64,000 nucleotides of DNA from Candidatus Bathyarchaeota archaeon (GTDB lineage Archaea > Thermoproteota > Bathyarchaeia > Bathyarchaeales > Bathycorpusculaceae). Shown one piece after another: positions 9,714-19,170 of the stretch. The stretch is from the NCBI GenBank assembly GCA_963733095.1, contig CAVTBV010000014.1:32001-96000 (forward strand). The letters are read 5' to 3'. Position 1 is the first letter of the stretch; each line of letters opens with the position of its first letter. The notes under the pieces are model-generated. The model saw only the letters and a list, made by a program, of their open reading frames with translations. It ran no database searches and had not been told where the DNA came from. The position numbers were made by a program, and so were the translations under genes.

Positions 9714-10244
9714 ATGAAAATAAGAATCCTGAAACTATCACCCGAATCCCTCGCTGGATTAATGCAAGGCAAAGCATCCACTTTTGCCTATAACTTGCCT
9801 GTCGACGCTGAAATTCTAGACATAAAAATGGACCTGTTCACTAAACAAGTTTCCATGGTGATTAGGAGCGAAAGCTTCGAAGACATTGCCGAAGCCATAC
9901 CAATTCCAGAGGTTCAAATATCAAAAATCTTAGACTCCAAGAACGAACCTCAACCAGCCACGTCACCCATAAAACCTCAAGCCATGCCATCACCTGAACC
10001 TAAATCCAACATTGCAAAGCTGCCTCAGCCCCATCCAAACCGAATGGCATCAAAAATGGAGAATGAATTCAGCCCCGAACAGCGCAAACTCCTCAGCTTT
10101 ACAGTTAAAGAAGACTGCGTCATCGTTAAGCCAGTGATGTTTTTGAAGGCTGAATGGGACGACATAAATGAGGTTGTTAAGGGCATTGGTGGTAAATGGG
10201 TTAAAGGCGACATAATCAGCTACTGGGAAATTCCTCTACAATAG
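9714..10244 (+). CDS. Hypothetical protein, two small domains with Pro-rich linker
   Basis: 176-aa ORF; C-terminal INEVVKGIGGKWV..WEIP. Confidence 0.7.
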   Translation: MKIRILKLSPESLAGLMQGKASTFAYNLPVDAEILDIKMDLFTKQVSMVIRSESFEDIAEAIPIPEVQISKILDSKNEPQPATSPIKPQAMPSPEPKSNIAKLPQPHPNRMASKMENEFSPEQRKLLSFTVKEDCVIVKPVMFLKAEWDDINEVVKGIGGKWVKGDIISYWEIPLQ

Positions 10245-10318
10245 GTCGGAAAGGATTGAGTAAAAAACGAAAAAACTTTAAGCCAGAAAGGGCTAATTTG
10301 AAGGATAGTGAGCTAAAG

Positions 10319-10699
10319 ATGGAAAAAACTGATAAACCTCTAACAAGAGACGCCTTGGTCTCAATGCAAGTCATAGACGCTAAAGGGAAGCTAATGGGCA
10401 AGGTAAAGGATGTTGCTTTCGCAGTCGGAAAAATGGGCATTTCATTAACCATTGAAGATGAAAAGGGAGAACCACACAACGTTGCATGGGAAGATGTCCA
10501 AGCAGCCTCAGACTACATAATTCTAAAGCCCCAGATGGTTCTGCAAAGCACTTATCAACCACAGCAACAACCTGCTCAAACTGCAACTCAACCCGCCCAA
10601 CAGTCAACACAACCGGTTTGTCCAACATGCGGTAGACCTTTAACTTGGATTCCCCAATACCAACGATGGTACTGCTACAACGACAAAAAATACGTTTAA
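10319..10699 (+). CDS. PRC-barrel protein with Q/P-rich linker and C-terminal zinc-ribbon-like motif
   Basis: MQVIDAKGKLMGKVKDV...WEDVQAASDYIILK; CPTCGRPLTWIPQYQRWYCYND. Confidence 0.8.
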   Translation: MEKTDKPLTRDALVSMQVIDAKGKLMGKVKDVAFAVGKMGISLTIEDEKGEPHNVAWEDVQAASDYIILKPQMVLQSTYQPQQQPAQTATQPAQQSTQPVCPTCGRPLTWIPQYQRWYCYNDKKYV

Positions 10700-10807
10700 A
10701 CGCATTTAATTCAATATTTTTATTATTACTTTTTTTTATTCCAGACATCAACAGTGGCAACCTCGTGTGTGAGGTTGCTTCAGTTCAGTTGCCGTGACAG
10801 TTTGGAT

Positions 10808-11719
10808 TTAAGCGCCTAGCAACTTGAGGAAAATTGCCTTAGCAGAGTATAATCGGTTTTCTGCCTGTTCATAAATCACCGCCATAGGGTTCTCGATGGC
10901 TTCTGCGCTTATTTCATATTCCCGGTGAATAGGCATGTCATGCATTATGAAGGCGTTGCTGTCCTTTAGCAGTTGAGCGTTGATTTGGTAGGGCATCATG
11001 AGTTTTATGCGCTTTTCTTTTTCTTGGGCAAACTTTGGGTCTGTGAAGAACTCCATATCAATCCAGGTGTCGGTGTAAACAAAATCTGCCTCCTTAACAG
11101 CCTTCTTTACGTCTAAGGTAGATCGCCAAAGCCCTGTCTCTCTTGCTTCATTAAGCAACTCCTCATCTCTTGCCGCTTCATTAAAAATCGGAGTAACTGT
11201 GGTTATCTCGATGCCTGTTTTGGTGCAGCCTTCGATAAGTGAGTTAGTTACGTTGTTGTGGACGCCGATATAAACGAGTTTGGCGCCTTCTAATTTACCA
11301 TGTTTTTCTTTGATTGTAATTAGATCTGCTAAAGCTTGGCTGGGATGGTACTTCTCGTCGCAACCATTTATTACGGGAACACGCGAAGCATGTGCCATCT
11401 TGAGCAAATCTGAATCGCACAGTAACCGAGCCATGATGCAATCAACATTACGCGACAAATACTGCAATTCGTCAGTTATGTCGGCTAAGGCAAAGTTGGT
11501 TGTTCGCCAATCAATGTACAAAGCGTGTCCGCCCAGCTGAGTCATGGCAACCTCAAACGAAACTCTTGTTCGAGTAGATGTTTTTTGGAAAATCAACGCT
11601 GCAGATTTGCCCTCAAAGGCTTTAAGGTATTTATTGGGGTTTCTTTTAACTTCGATGCCTAAATCAACGAGTGAACCAAGATCTTTGCGGGCTAATTCTT
11701 TGAAGTTAATCAGATGCAT
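10808..11719 (-). CDS. argF: Ornithine carbamoyltransferase family
   Basis: FQKTSTRTRVSF, HPSQALAD, QAENR motifs. Confidence 0.9.
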   Translation of the reverse strand: MHLINFKELARKDLGSLVDLGIEVKRNPNKYLKAFEGKSAALIFQKTSTRTRVSFEVAMTQLGGHALYIDWRTTNFALADITDELQYLSRNVDCIMARLLCDSDLLKMAHASRVPVINGCDEKYHPSQALADLITIKEKHGKLEGAKLVYIGVHNNVTNSLIEGCTKTGIEITTVTPIFNEAARDEELLNEARETGLWRSTLDVKKAVKEADFVYTDTWIDMEFFTDPKFAQEKEKRIKLMMPYQINAQLLKDSNAFIMHDMPIHREYEISAEAIENPMAVIYEQAENRLYSAKAIFLKLLGA

Positions 11720-11821
11720 TTTTTCTGTGCCTTCAACAGACGCAAAGCCAAACCTTCAATTATAAGCTTTATGCAAAAACTTTTTCCAGAACGAAAGTGC
11801 TTCACTGTAAGGGAACAACCG

Positions 11822-12646
11822 ATGATTCTGATAGTAGCTTCAAACAAAGATGTTGCAAGTCTAAACATCAAAGAAAAAATCCTGAGGCGTTACCCATTCA
11901 GTAAGATGGCACAAATCTTCCAGGAAAATCCCATGTACTCTGCAGATATAAACAGCAAAAAAGTGGCTCTAATAACTTTAAACGAAGAATCAGTTAAAGC
12001 CCAAAACCTACCTGAAAAGTTCCCTGACGCAGACTTAATAGTTTTCATTTCGAGACATAGCAGCCAAAGCGGCAGACCAACCCTCTCAGTTCATACACCG
12101 GGAAACTTTGGAGATGCAGAACTTGGCGGATTACCCAAAACGGTCTCAGTTTCTCCCGCCTGCGCAATGCAAACCGCCCTAAAAGCCCTCATGCACTACA
12201 AAGAAACTCTAAGACTAAACTACGACGTATCTTTCGAGTGTACGCATCATGGTCCAAGCTTAAAAATCCCAACGATGTTTGTAGAACTTGGCAGTTCAGA
12301 AGCCCAATGGAGTGACTTGAAAGCAGCAGAAGCCGTTGCTCACTCTGCGATGGCTGCAATTGCGAACTTTTCCGTGACTTCCAACTTGGCTGTTTTAGGC
12401 ATAGGCGGAACTCACTACAACCAGCGTTTTACGCTGATGGCTTTGATGGGCGAGGCAACTTTCGGTCACATGGTTCCCAAGTACACTGTTTCCCTTGTCG
12501 ATTCTGAGGTTTTGAAGCAGTGTGTGGAGCGGACTTTTGAGAAAGTGCCGTTGGCGATTCTGGATTGGAAAGGCATCAGAAGCGAAGATAAGCCCAACTT
12601 GTTGTCCGCGTTGGAGACGGCTGGGTTGCCCTACAAAAAGGTATAG
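11822..12646 (+). CDS. dtdA: D-aminoacyl-tRNA deacylase (archaeal DTD2)
   Basis: SRHSS, LSVHTPGN, ECTHHGP, FVELGS, GIGGTHY. Confidence 0.92.
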   Translation: MILIVASNKDVASLNIKEKILRRYPFSKMAQIFQENPMYSADINSKKVALITLNEESVKAQNLPEKFPDADLIVFISRHSSQSGRPTLSVHTPGNFGDAELGGLPKTVSVSPACAMQTALKALMHYKETLRLNYDVSFECTHHGPSLKIPTMFVELGSSEAQWSDLKAAEAVAHSAMAAIANFSVTSNLAVLGIGGTHYNQRFTLMALMGEATFGHMVPKYTVSLVDSEVLKQCVERTFEKVPLAILDWKGIRSEDKPNLLSALETAGLPYKKV

Positions 12647-12757
12647 GACTTATCTTGTGTAAGGAACGTTTAAAAGGCTTGATACAGTAGTTTTTTAAAC
12701 TAAAAAGTTACAGTAACGTTTATTATATAATAGTGAAATGTTGAGTGTGCGGTAAAT

Positions 12758-12934
12758 ATGGGTATAAAATCTTGGCTAACACAAGCAGCAAGAACCTTAA
12801 AACTATCCGTTAAACCGGATCGTGAAGAGCTATGGCTCTCGATAAAAATCAGCTTCTTAGGTATAGGTGCAGTCGGCTTAATCGGCTTCGTAATTAAACT
12901 CATAGCCACTACAGTTAACCCATCAGGCGCGTAG
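12758..12934 (+). CDS. secE: Protein translocase subunit SecE/Sec61 gamma
   Basis: Not in ORF track; MGIKSWLTQAARTLKLSVKPDREELWLSIKISFLGIGAVGLIGFVIKLI; canonical position upstream of spt5. Confidence 0.92.
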   Translation: MGIKSWLTQAARTLKLSVKPDREELWLSIKISFLGIGAVGLIGFVIKLIATTVNPSGA

Positions 12935-12945
12935 AAGGCAATCCA

Positions 12946-13416
12946 ATGGACAAAAAAGAAGAGCTAAATCAAGTAAAAATTTTTGTTGTCAAAACAACAA
13001 CCGGTCAAGAACGTAACGTAGCGCGCTTAATCGCTTCAAAAGTAGACATGGCTCATATTCCCATAAAGGCTCTTCTCGTTCCAGATACACTCAAAGGCTA
13101 CGTATTCATTGAAGCAGACGGACCACACCTTGTCGAAGAAGCAATCACAGGCGTCAGACATGTCCGATCCAGAATTCCCGGACTCGTGAGTTTCGCAGAG
13201 ATTGAACGGTACATAGTGCGTAAACCAGTCATGGAAGACCTTAACGAAGACGACGTCGTCGAAATTACTGGTGGACCCTTCAAAGGCATGCGTGCTAAAA
13301 TCACAAGACTCGACAAGGCAAAAGCCGAAGTTACCCTCGAACTGCTCGAGGCAACATTCACTTTGCCAATCACAGTACATTCAGACTATGTAAAACTAGT
13401 TGAAAAAGCAAAATAA
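12946..13416 (+). CDS. spt5: Transcription elongation factor Spt5 (NusG)
   Basis: KTTTGQE, LKGYVFIE, KOW motif VEITGGPFKG. Confidence 0.97.
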   Translation: MDKKEELNQVKIFVVKTTTGQERNVARLIASKVDMAHIPIKALLVPDTLKGYVFIEADGPHLVEEAITGVRHVRSRIPGLVSFAEIERYIVRKPVMEDLNEDDVVEITGGPFKGMRAKITRLDKAKAEVTLELLEATFTLPITVHSDYVKLVEKAK

Positions 13417-13429
13417 ACGGTGAAACAAA

Positions 13430-13921
13430 ATGGCAGATAAAAAAGTTGTAGAATTGATCGTCAGCGGCGGACAAGCCAATGCAGGTCCACCATTAGGTCC
13501 AGCTCTTGGCCCATTAGGCGTCAACATAGTGGCTATTGTCAACAAAATCAACGAAATCACGAAAGAATACGCTGGGATGAAAGTTCCAGTAAAAATCAGT
13601 GTTGATACCGAAGACAAAACCTTCGAGGTTACCGTTGGCACACCTACCGCATCAGCACTTATAGTTGCTGAACTCAAAGTTGAGAAAGGTTCAGGTACAC
13701 CCAACTCTGTCAAAATTGGCGACTTATCCATGGAGCAAATCTTGAAGATTGCAAAAATTAAAGGTCCTCAACTGTTAGCTCCAACTGTCAAGAAAGCAAC
13801 TAAAGAGTTGCTCGGCACCTGCGTAAGCTTAGGCGTTACCGTAGAAGGCAAAGATCCCCGAGACGTCCAGAAAGACATAGACGCTGGCAACTATGAACAA
13901 CTATTCGGTACTGAACAATGA
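13430..13921 (+). CDS. rpl11: 50S ribosomal protein uL11
   Basis: GGQANAGPPLGPALGPLGVN. Confidence 0.98.
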   Translation: MADKKVVELIVSGGQANAGPPLGPALGPLGVNIVAIVNKINEITKEYAGMKVPVKISVDTEDKTFEVTVGTPTASALIVAELKVEKGSGTPNSVKIGDLSMEQILKIAKIKGPQLLAPTVKKATKELLGTCVSLGVTVEGKDPRDVQKDIDAGNYEQLFGTEQ

Positions 13922-13976
13922 TAAGCGAATATTTTTATAATGGGTTTCTTATCCCTCATTGGCACGAGGCTTAAAA

Positions 13977-14630
13977 ATGCCCCTAGACACCAAGACTATA
14001 TCAGAAGCAATTAAACAGGCAAAGGCAAAGTCTGGACAGAAAAAATTTAACCAGGCTGTAGACTTGATCCTCGACATTGTTGAGATCGATATGAAGTCGC
14101 CAGAAGGCAAAATTCAAGAGATTGTTGAACTTCCTCATATAACAGCTAAACCAAACAAAATCTGTGTTGTTGCTTCCAGTGGGGACTTTGTTGTTAAAGC
14201 GAAGAATTCTCAAGCTGACAAAGTAATTGAACGCGCAGACTTAGATGCGTTAAACGGCAAGAAGAAAGAGCTACGCAAACTCGCCACTGAATATGACGTT
14301 TTCATCTGCGAAGCTCCCCTTATGCCGCTCGTAGGCAAAACGCTCGGTCCAGTTTTAGGTCCAAGAGGAAAGATGCCTATTCCAGTTCCGCCAAACGCAG
14401 ACATCGCCTCTTTAATTAACAAACACCGCAAAACCGTGGTTGTCCGTATGCGAAGTCAACCAATCATTCAAGTTTCCGTCGGCTCCGAGCAGATGAAAGA
14501 TGAAGAACTTGTCGATAACACCATGACTGTTCTCCGTATGTTAGATGGAAAATTGAAACGTGGCTTGAAAAACGTAAAGTACGCTTTCATCAAGACATCC
14601 ATGGGTGAACCAGTCAAAATTAAAGCTTAA
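13977..14630 (+). CDS. rpl1: 50S ribosomal protein uL1
   Basis: KFNQAVDL, LGPVLGPRGKMP, KTSMG. Confidence 0.97.
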   Translation: MPLDTKTISEAIKQAKAKSGQKKFNQAVDLILDIVEIDMKSPEGKIQEIVELPHITAKPNKICVVASSGDFVVKAKNSQADKVIERADLDALNGKKKELRKLATEYDVFICEAPLMPLVGKTLGPVLGPRGKMPIPVPPNADIASLINKHRKTVVVRMRSQPIIQVSVGSEQMKDEELVDNTMTVLRMLDGKLKRGLKNVKYAFIKTSMGEPVKIKA

Positions 14631-14645
14631 ACGAGAAGAACAAAC

Positions 14646-15512
14646 ATGCCATCCCAACAAGTATTAGAAGCAAAATCAACCGAAGTAGAATCGATAAAAG
14701 ACATACTTAAAGAGTACAAATCCATCGGCATCGCCAGTCTCCAAAAGGTTCGCGCTTCGCAACTTCAGGAACTCAAGAAAAGCATGGCAGGCAAAGTCTA
14801 CCTCCGCGTCCTTAAGAATACGCTAATCAAACTCGCATTAGACCAAATGAACCAAACTGAACTCAAGAAGCTTGAGGATTACTTGGAAGGATCAAACGTT
14901 TTCTTATTCACTGACCTCAACCCCTTCAAGTTGGCATTGTTGCTGGAACGCGGCAAAGTTAAAACAACCGCCAAGTCAGGCGACATAGCCGCGATGGATG
15001 TAGTTATCCCAGCGGGAAACACAGGTCAACCTCCCGGACCAGTCATCAGCCAACTCAACGCAGTCGGATTACCCACAAGAATAGAGTCAGGCAGCGTCTG
15101 GATCAGCAAAGACACCCTAGTTGTCCGTCGAGGCGAAATCATCAACGAACGACTCGCAGGCGTCCTCTCAAAACTAGGCATAAAAGCAGTCGAACTCGGC
15201 ATATCCATGCGCGCAGTCTTCGACAACGGCATGATTATAACCGGAGAACAACTCAAAGTTGACGTTGACGCAACACGCAAGAGCGTTCAAGCAAGCAACT
15301 CAGAAGCTTTCGCATTAGCCCTTGAAATAGGCTACGCAAGCAAAGACACCATCAAACCACTGCTACAACGAGCACACCAGAAAGCAGTCGCACTATCCAT
15401 AAGCGCAACCATACCCACAAAAGATACCATAGCAGACATTATCCGCAAAGCCAATGCAGAAATGACCAGCCTAAACGGCGCGGTCGAAAAGGTTAAGCCT
15501 AAAACAGCTTAA
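14646..15512 (+). CDS. rpl10: 50S ribosomal protein uL10 (P0)
   Basis: KNTL, FTDLNPFKL, PAGNTGQPPGP; operon position. Confidence 0.96.
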   Translation: MPSQQVLEAKSTEVESIKDILKEYKSIGIASLQKVRASQLQELKKSMAGKVYLRVLKNTLIKLALDQMNQTELKKLEDYLEGSNVFLFTDLNPFKLALLLERGKVKTTAKSGDIAAMDVVIPAGNTGQPPGPVISQLNAVGLPTRIESGSVWISKDTLVVRRGEIINERLAGVLSKLGIKAVELGISMRAVFDNGMIITGEQLKVDVDATRKSVQASNSEAFALALEIGYASKDTIKPLLQRAHQKAVALSISATIPTKDTIADIIRKANAEMTSLNGAVEKVKPKTA

Positions 15513-15739
15513 ACTCTTTTTCACCCCATTATTAATATTAAAGCGACCATTTTTTGTTTTTTATTATCAGATTTTTTGCGTCAAGTATCTTGTGCTCATT
15601 TAAAGTGATTGGTAATTTTTTCCTCATGTTTAGTTGCACTTAATTGTTGCAGTGCAGAACGGTTTGGCTGAATCTGGGTTTGGGAATAAAGGTTATGTAG
15701 GTAGACCTGTTTTGCTAGATTATTAGGGAGAAGTTTTTT

Positions 15740-16378
15740 ATGAGGTGTTTGAAGAGTTTTGCTCAGGGTTTTCTGGTTGCAAGCGGGTTAATCTGGGTAT
15801 TCAACATAGCCTCGCTTATCCAAGGCGGAGATGCATGGCTGGGCTTGATGTACCTTCTAATTTTACTCATCCCAATATCCAGCTTAACTGTTCTTAGACT
15901 AAAAAACCAAAACCGCCCTCAACAAGCAGATACAAAGAAATGGCGTAACCTGCTGTTCTCCTTCCAAGGCGTCGCCTTAGGGTTCTGGATGTTTGACATC
16001 CTGACGACTTTTTACGCCATAAATGTTACTGGATTAGCATTCGAGCTTAATCCTTTGGGGTGGCCTTGGGGCATTTTAGGTGCTTTTGCCTTTTTTGGTC
16101 CAGCTTTGGTGTTCTCGTATGTTTTACTATTTAGAATGAAAGACAAATTCTCCTTGTATGTAGCAGTTCCCTTGATGATGTTGACGTTGGGGATGGGTTC
16201 GATGAATTTGGTGGCGGGTGCGCAGAACTTTCAAGTGTTCGTTGACACCGCTGTCCTTGCAAGTGGAGTGCACTTTGGCTTGTTAGCATTAATTGTTGGG
16301 GCAAATTTAGCGGTTCCGTTAGCGTTGAGCCGTATGGTTACTCAGCCTAAACCAAGTTTGAGCCTAAAGAAACTTTAA
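15740..16378 (+). CDS. Integral membrane protein (DUF5658-like)
   Basis: FDILTTFYA...ELNPLG motif; several TM helices. Confidence 0.6.
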   Translation: MRCLKSFAQGFLVASGLIWVFNIASLIQGGDAWLGLMYLLILLIPISSLTVLRLKNQNRPQQADTKKWRNLLFSFQGVALGFWMFDILTTFYAINVTGLAFELNPLGWPWGILGAFAFFGPALVFSYVLLFRMKDKFSLYVAVPLMMLTLGMGSMNLVAGAQNFQVFVDTAVLASGVHFGLLALIVGANLAVPLALSRMVTQPKPSLSLKKL

Positions 16379-16487
16379 TTTGCTTGTGCACCGAAAATTA
16401 AACTGCTACAGCAGTTTAGCGGTTGCAGATGTAGTCTCAGGCTGTAACCACATTATCTTATATATTTTACAAGGTAACTCTTTTCTG

Positions 16488-16637
16488 AGAAAGAAGAAGG
16501 CGCCCCGAAAATAGGTGAGCGGTTCTGACTTTTGCGGAAGCAAGTGAGGTTTTTGCATTTTTCTCCCCTTAACTTCTGTTCGCATAGGTCAGACTGCCAC
16601 TATTTTATCCCGATTAACTTATATCGGAATTTTTTTG
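16488..16637 (+). ncRNA. Candidate structured small RNA with apical TTTTGCATTTT loop
   Basis: TTATATAT at ~16458; AAAATAG/CTATTTT, TCTGAC/GTCAGA and GAG/CTC nested stems; T-tract at ~16630; ends estimated. Confidence 0.5.
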
Positions 16638-16656
16638 TGTGAAACTTATGATGTGT

Positions 16657-17133
16657 TTAGAGTCTTTTTGTCATGACGTATGCGTCTTCGCCGTCTGAGT
16701 AGTAGCCGTTGATTGTTCTGGTAACTTCAAACCCTATTTTCTTGTAGAGTGTTATGCCAGCTTCGTTTGTTACACGTACTTCTAAAAAGCCCTGTTTTGC
16801 CTTGTAGTACTCCATGCCTTCCAGAGCCCTTTTGATTAATGCTGTAGCCACACCTTTGCGTCGGCTCTGCGGCAACACTGCAATAGAAACCACATGTCCC
16901 TTGCGAATTAAGCCGCCAAACCCAAAATTAGACAACCCAACTTCGATACGGCACATGATGTACCCTGACACTTTTCCATCTTCTTCAGCTACGATGAAGG
17001 TTTCTGGGAACCTTTGATGTAAATCTACGAAGAAGAAGTCAGTATAGTTTTCTGGGAGGCAGACGCGGTTGATTTGCATTACGCTCTGCAGGTCGTCAGG
17101 TATAAATTTTCGCAGCGTGAAGGTCTGTTGCAT
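16657..17133 (-). CDS. ard1: N-terminal protein acetyltransferase Ard1/RimI
   Basis: CLPENY, GHVVSIAV, LEVRVTN, YYSDGEDAYVM. Confidence 0.93.
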   Translation of the reverse strand: MQQTFTLRKFIPDDLQSVMQINRVCLPENYTDFFFVDLHQRFPETFIVAEEDGKVSGYIMCRIEVGLSNFGFGGLIRKGHVVSIAVLPQSRRKGVATALIKRALEGMEYYKAKQGFLEVRVTNEAGITLYKKIGFEVTRTINGYYSDGEDAYVMTKRL

Positions 17134-17230
17134 CTTTTCGCCTTGCCTAAACCAAATTTCAGTGTTGAAACTTAAAGGTTACGCTTTAAAGCTTTACCGC
17201 TCGCTTCCCATGTGGCTTGGGCAGGTGCAG

Positions 17231-18514
17231 TTAGGTTTTTGTTTCTTCAGGCGACTTATACAAAGCTAGCGTGTAGCTGCCATATGGCATTGCCCAAACT
17301 CGGGAAGCTGAACCCGCGATTTTGAGTGCTTCTGTTAAGGCGTCGTTTATGGCTCGTGCGGTTTTGAGTTTAAAGATGCTTGTTGCGTAGTAATCTGGTA
17401 GGGAAGAAACCAAAATTATCTGATGGTTCTGCAGCGCCTTTAGGAGGTAGTAGGCTTTGTGTCCGCCCAAAACAAAGTTGCGTTTAACCTCACGCTCCAC
17501 ATTCTTGAGGTCGGATAGCCTTGTCATCCAATCGTAGAATACTTGGTTGCCATGTCCTTCAGGGCATTCAGCTACAAGAATGATTACTCCCCCCCGCTTA
17601 ACCGCATCCAAGGAGTTGTCTAAGCCCTTAAGAGCTTGATACAGACTAATGTCCGCTGGGTAACCGCCTGAACTTACAACGATGATGTCTGAACGTCGAT
17701 CCACTGTCACGCGGAACATTTCGTCCACGAGCTTTACAGCCTCCAAAAATGCCGCTTCTAAATCGCCCGCGAAGGCTTTAACGACTTCGCCCTTCCGGTT
17801 TGCCACGACATTAACGATAAAATCAACTTTTGCCAACCGCGCCGCTTCAGTCATATCCACATGAACAGGATTATCCTCTAAATTCCCTGCCCGCGCACCA
17901 GAATGAACTAGCAACGCATGGTTTTGCCTGATTGTTTCTTCGCCGCAAACAGCTGGCAACACGCTTTTTCTGCCGCCACCGTAACCCGCATAATAGTGAA
18001 AGTTCACATCACCCAAAAGCACCTTCACATCCGCCTCGGCAAAAACGCGGTTCACATACACTTTGTTGCCATGCGTCTTAGTCGTGCCTACATTAACAAG
18101 GTCTGGGGCGCGAAAATCATGACTAATCGCCTTCACACGTTTGAGCACTTCTGCTCCAATCAGCGCCTCGGTTTCTTCAGGCTTAACAGCCCTGTGTGTT
18201 CCGCATCCAAAAATAATCGTCACATTCTCGTCTTTGACGCCTGCCGCGTTGAGTTCGGCAAGGACCGGCAAAAGCATGGCCTCACTTGGCGTCTTACGCG
18301 TTAAATCATCCACAACGATGGCAACCTTGCCCTCCGCCTTAACAATCTCTTTTAGCAGTTTGGAGCCTATAGGTTCCTTTAGCGCCCGCTCAACCTCAGC
18401 CTTCGCATCTGCCGTAGCCGGCTGCTCTTTAGGCTCAACTGTACCAAGCAAGTTCCGGGCTGGAACACGCACGCACACGTCGGTTTTTCCGTAAGGGAGC
18501 CAAACATCAACCAT
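17231..18514 (-). CDS. larA: LarA-family nickel-pincer racemase/epimerase
   Basis: EPIGS, DDLTRKTP, GTHR, HYYAGYGGGRKSVLP, GGYPAD..LYQ..K. Confidence 0.9.
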   Translation of the reverse strand: MVDVWLPYGKTDVCVRVPARNLLGTVEPKEQPATADAKAEVERALKEPIGSKLLKEIVKAEGKVAIVVDDLTRKTPSEAMLLPVLAELNAAGVKDENVTIIFGCGTHRAVKPEETEALIGAEVLKRVKAISHDFRAPDLVNVGTTKTHGNKVYVNRVFAEADVKVLLGDVNFHYYAGYGGGRKSVLPAVCGEETIRQNHALLVHSGARAGNLEDNPVHVDMTEAARLAKVDFIVNVVANRKGEVVKAFAGDLEAAFLEAVKLVDEMFRVTVDRRSDIIVVSSGGYPADISLYQALKGLDNSLDAVKRGGVIILVAECPEGHGNQVFYDWMTRLSDLKNVEREVKRNFVLGGHKAYYLLKALQNHQIILVSSLPDYYATSIFKLKTARAINDALTEALKIAGSASRVWAMPYGSYTLALYKSPEETKT

Positions 18515-19170
18515 GCCAAGTCACACTAACCAATTTATCATGTACTCGACACAAGAAACTATTAAGCCTTATCAAAAAAGTTCAGTTAAGTCTTGTCGGT
18601 TAGGGGGTTCATGTAAACTTTCGTCTGTTTCATACACATGTTCCGACTATAAACACTAAACCACCGGAACCAAAAATAGAAGGAATAAGCAAATTTTACC
18701 ATATTTATTGGGTTACCGCCAAATATTGTACACGTCAATATTTCTCTGTTAGCGTTAAGTTGATTGTTTTCTTAAGTCTTTCTATCAATAGTTAAGTATG
18801 GGGATAGCGGTTTATTGATTGTCAAGTTAACTACGCATCTTTTTGCTTGCGTTTTGTATAGGGGGTATCCATTTGTTTTCTCCTTCCAATCTAATGCCGC
18901 ACGATTCTGATCGGGTCTTGCCATCTAACTTACCATTCGGGGAAAACTATTCCTCCATTCCATATTTGTATCCTAATACCCGACCATTGCACTGTAACTA
19001 TAGAGAGGTAGCCCTGCACGAACCTATTAAGACCATATAGTGGGTCTATGTTGAAACTATAGAGGGGTAGATCGTATTGGCATTTTCTGTGCTACTAGAA
19101 TGTTGAGAAATAAAGGATACGCAACTTCTTTTAAACGCACCTCGCATAGTAGTTCTTGAGGAATCAAGTT

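Noticed and set aside
12700-12909. Minus-strand 69-aa ORF
   Set aside because: Antisense shadow of secE
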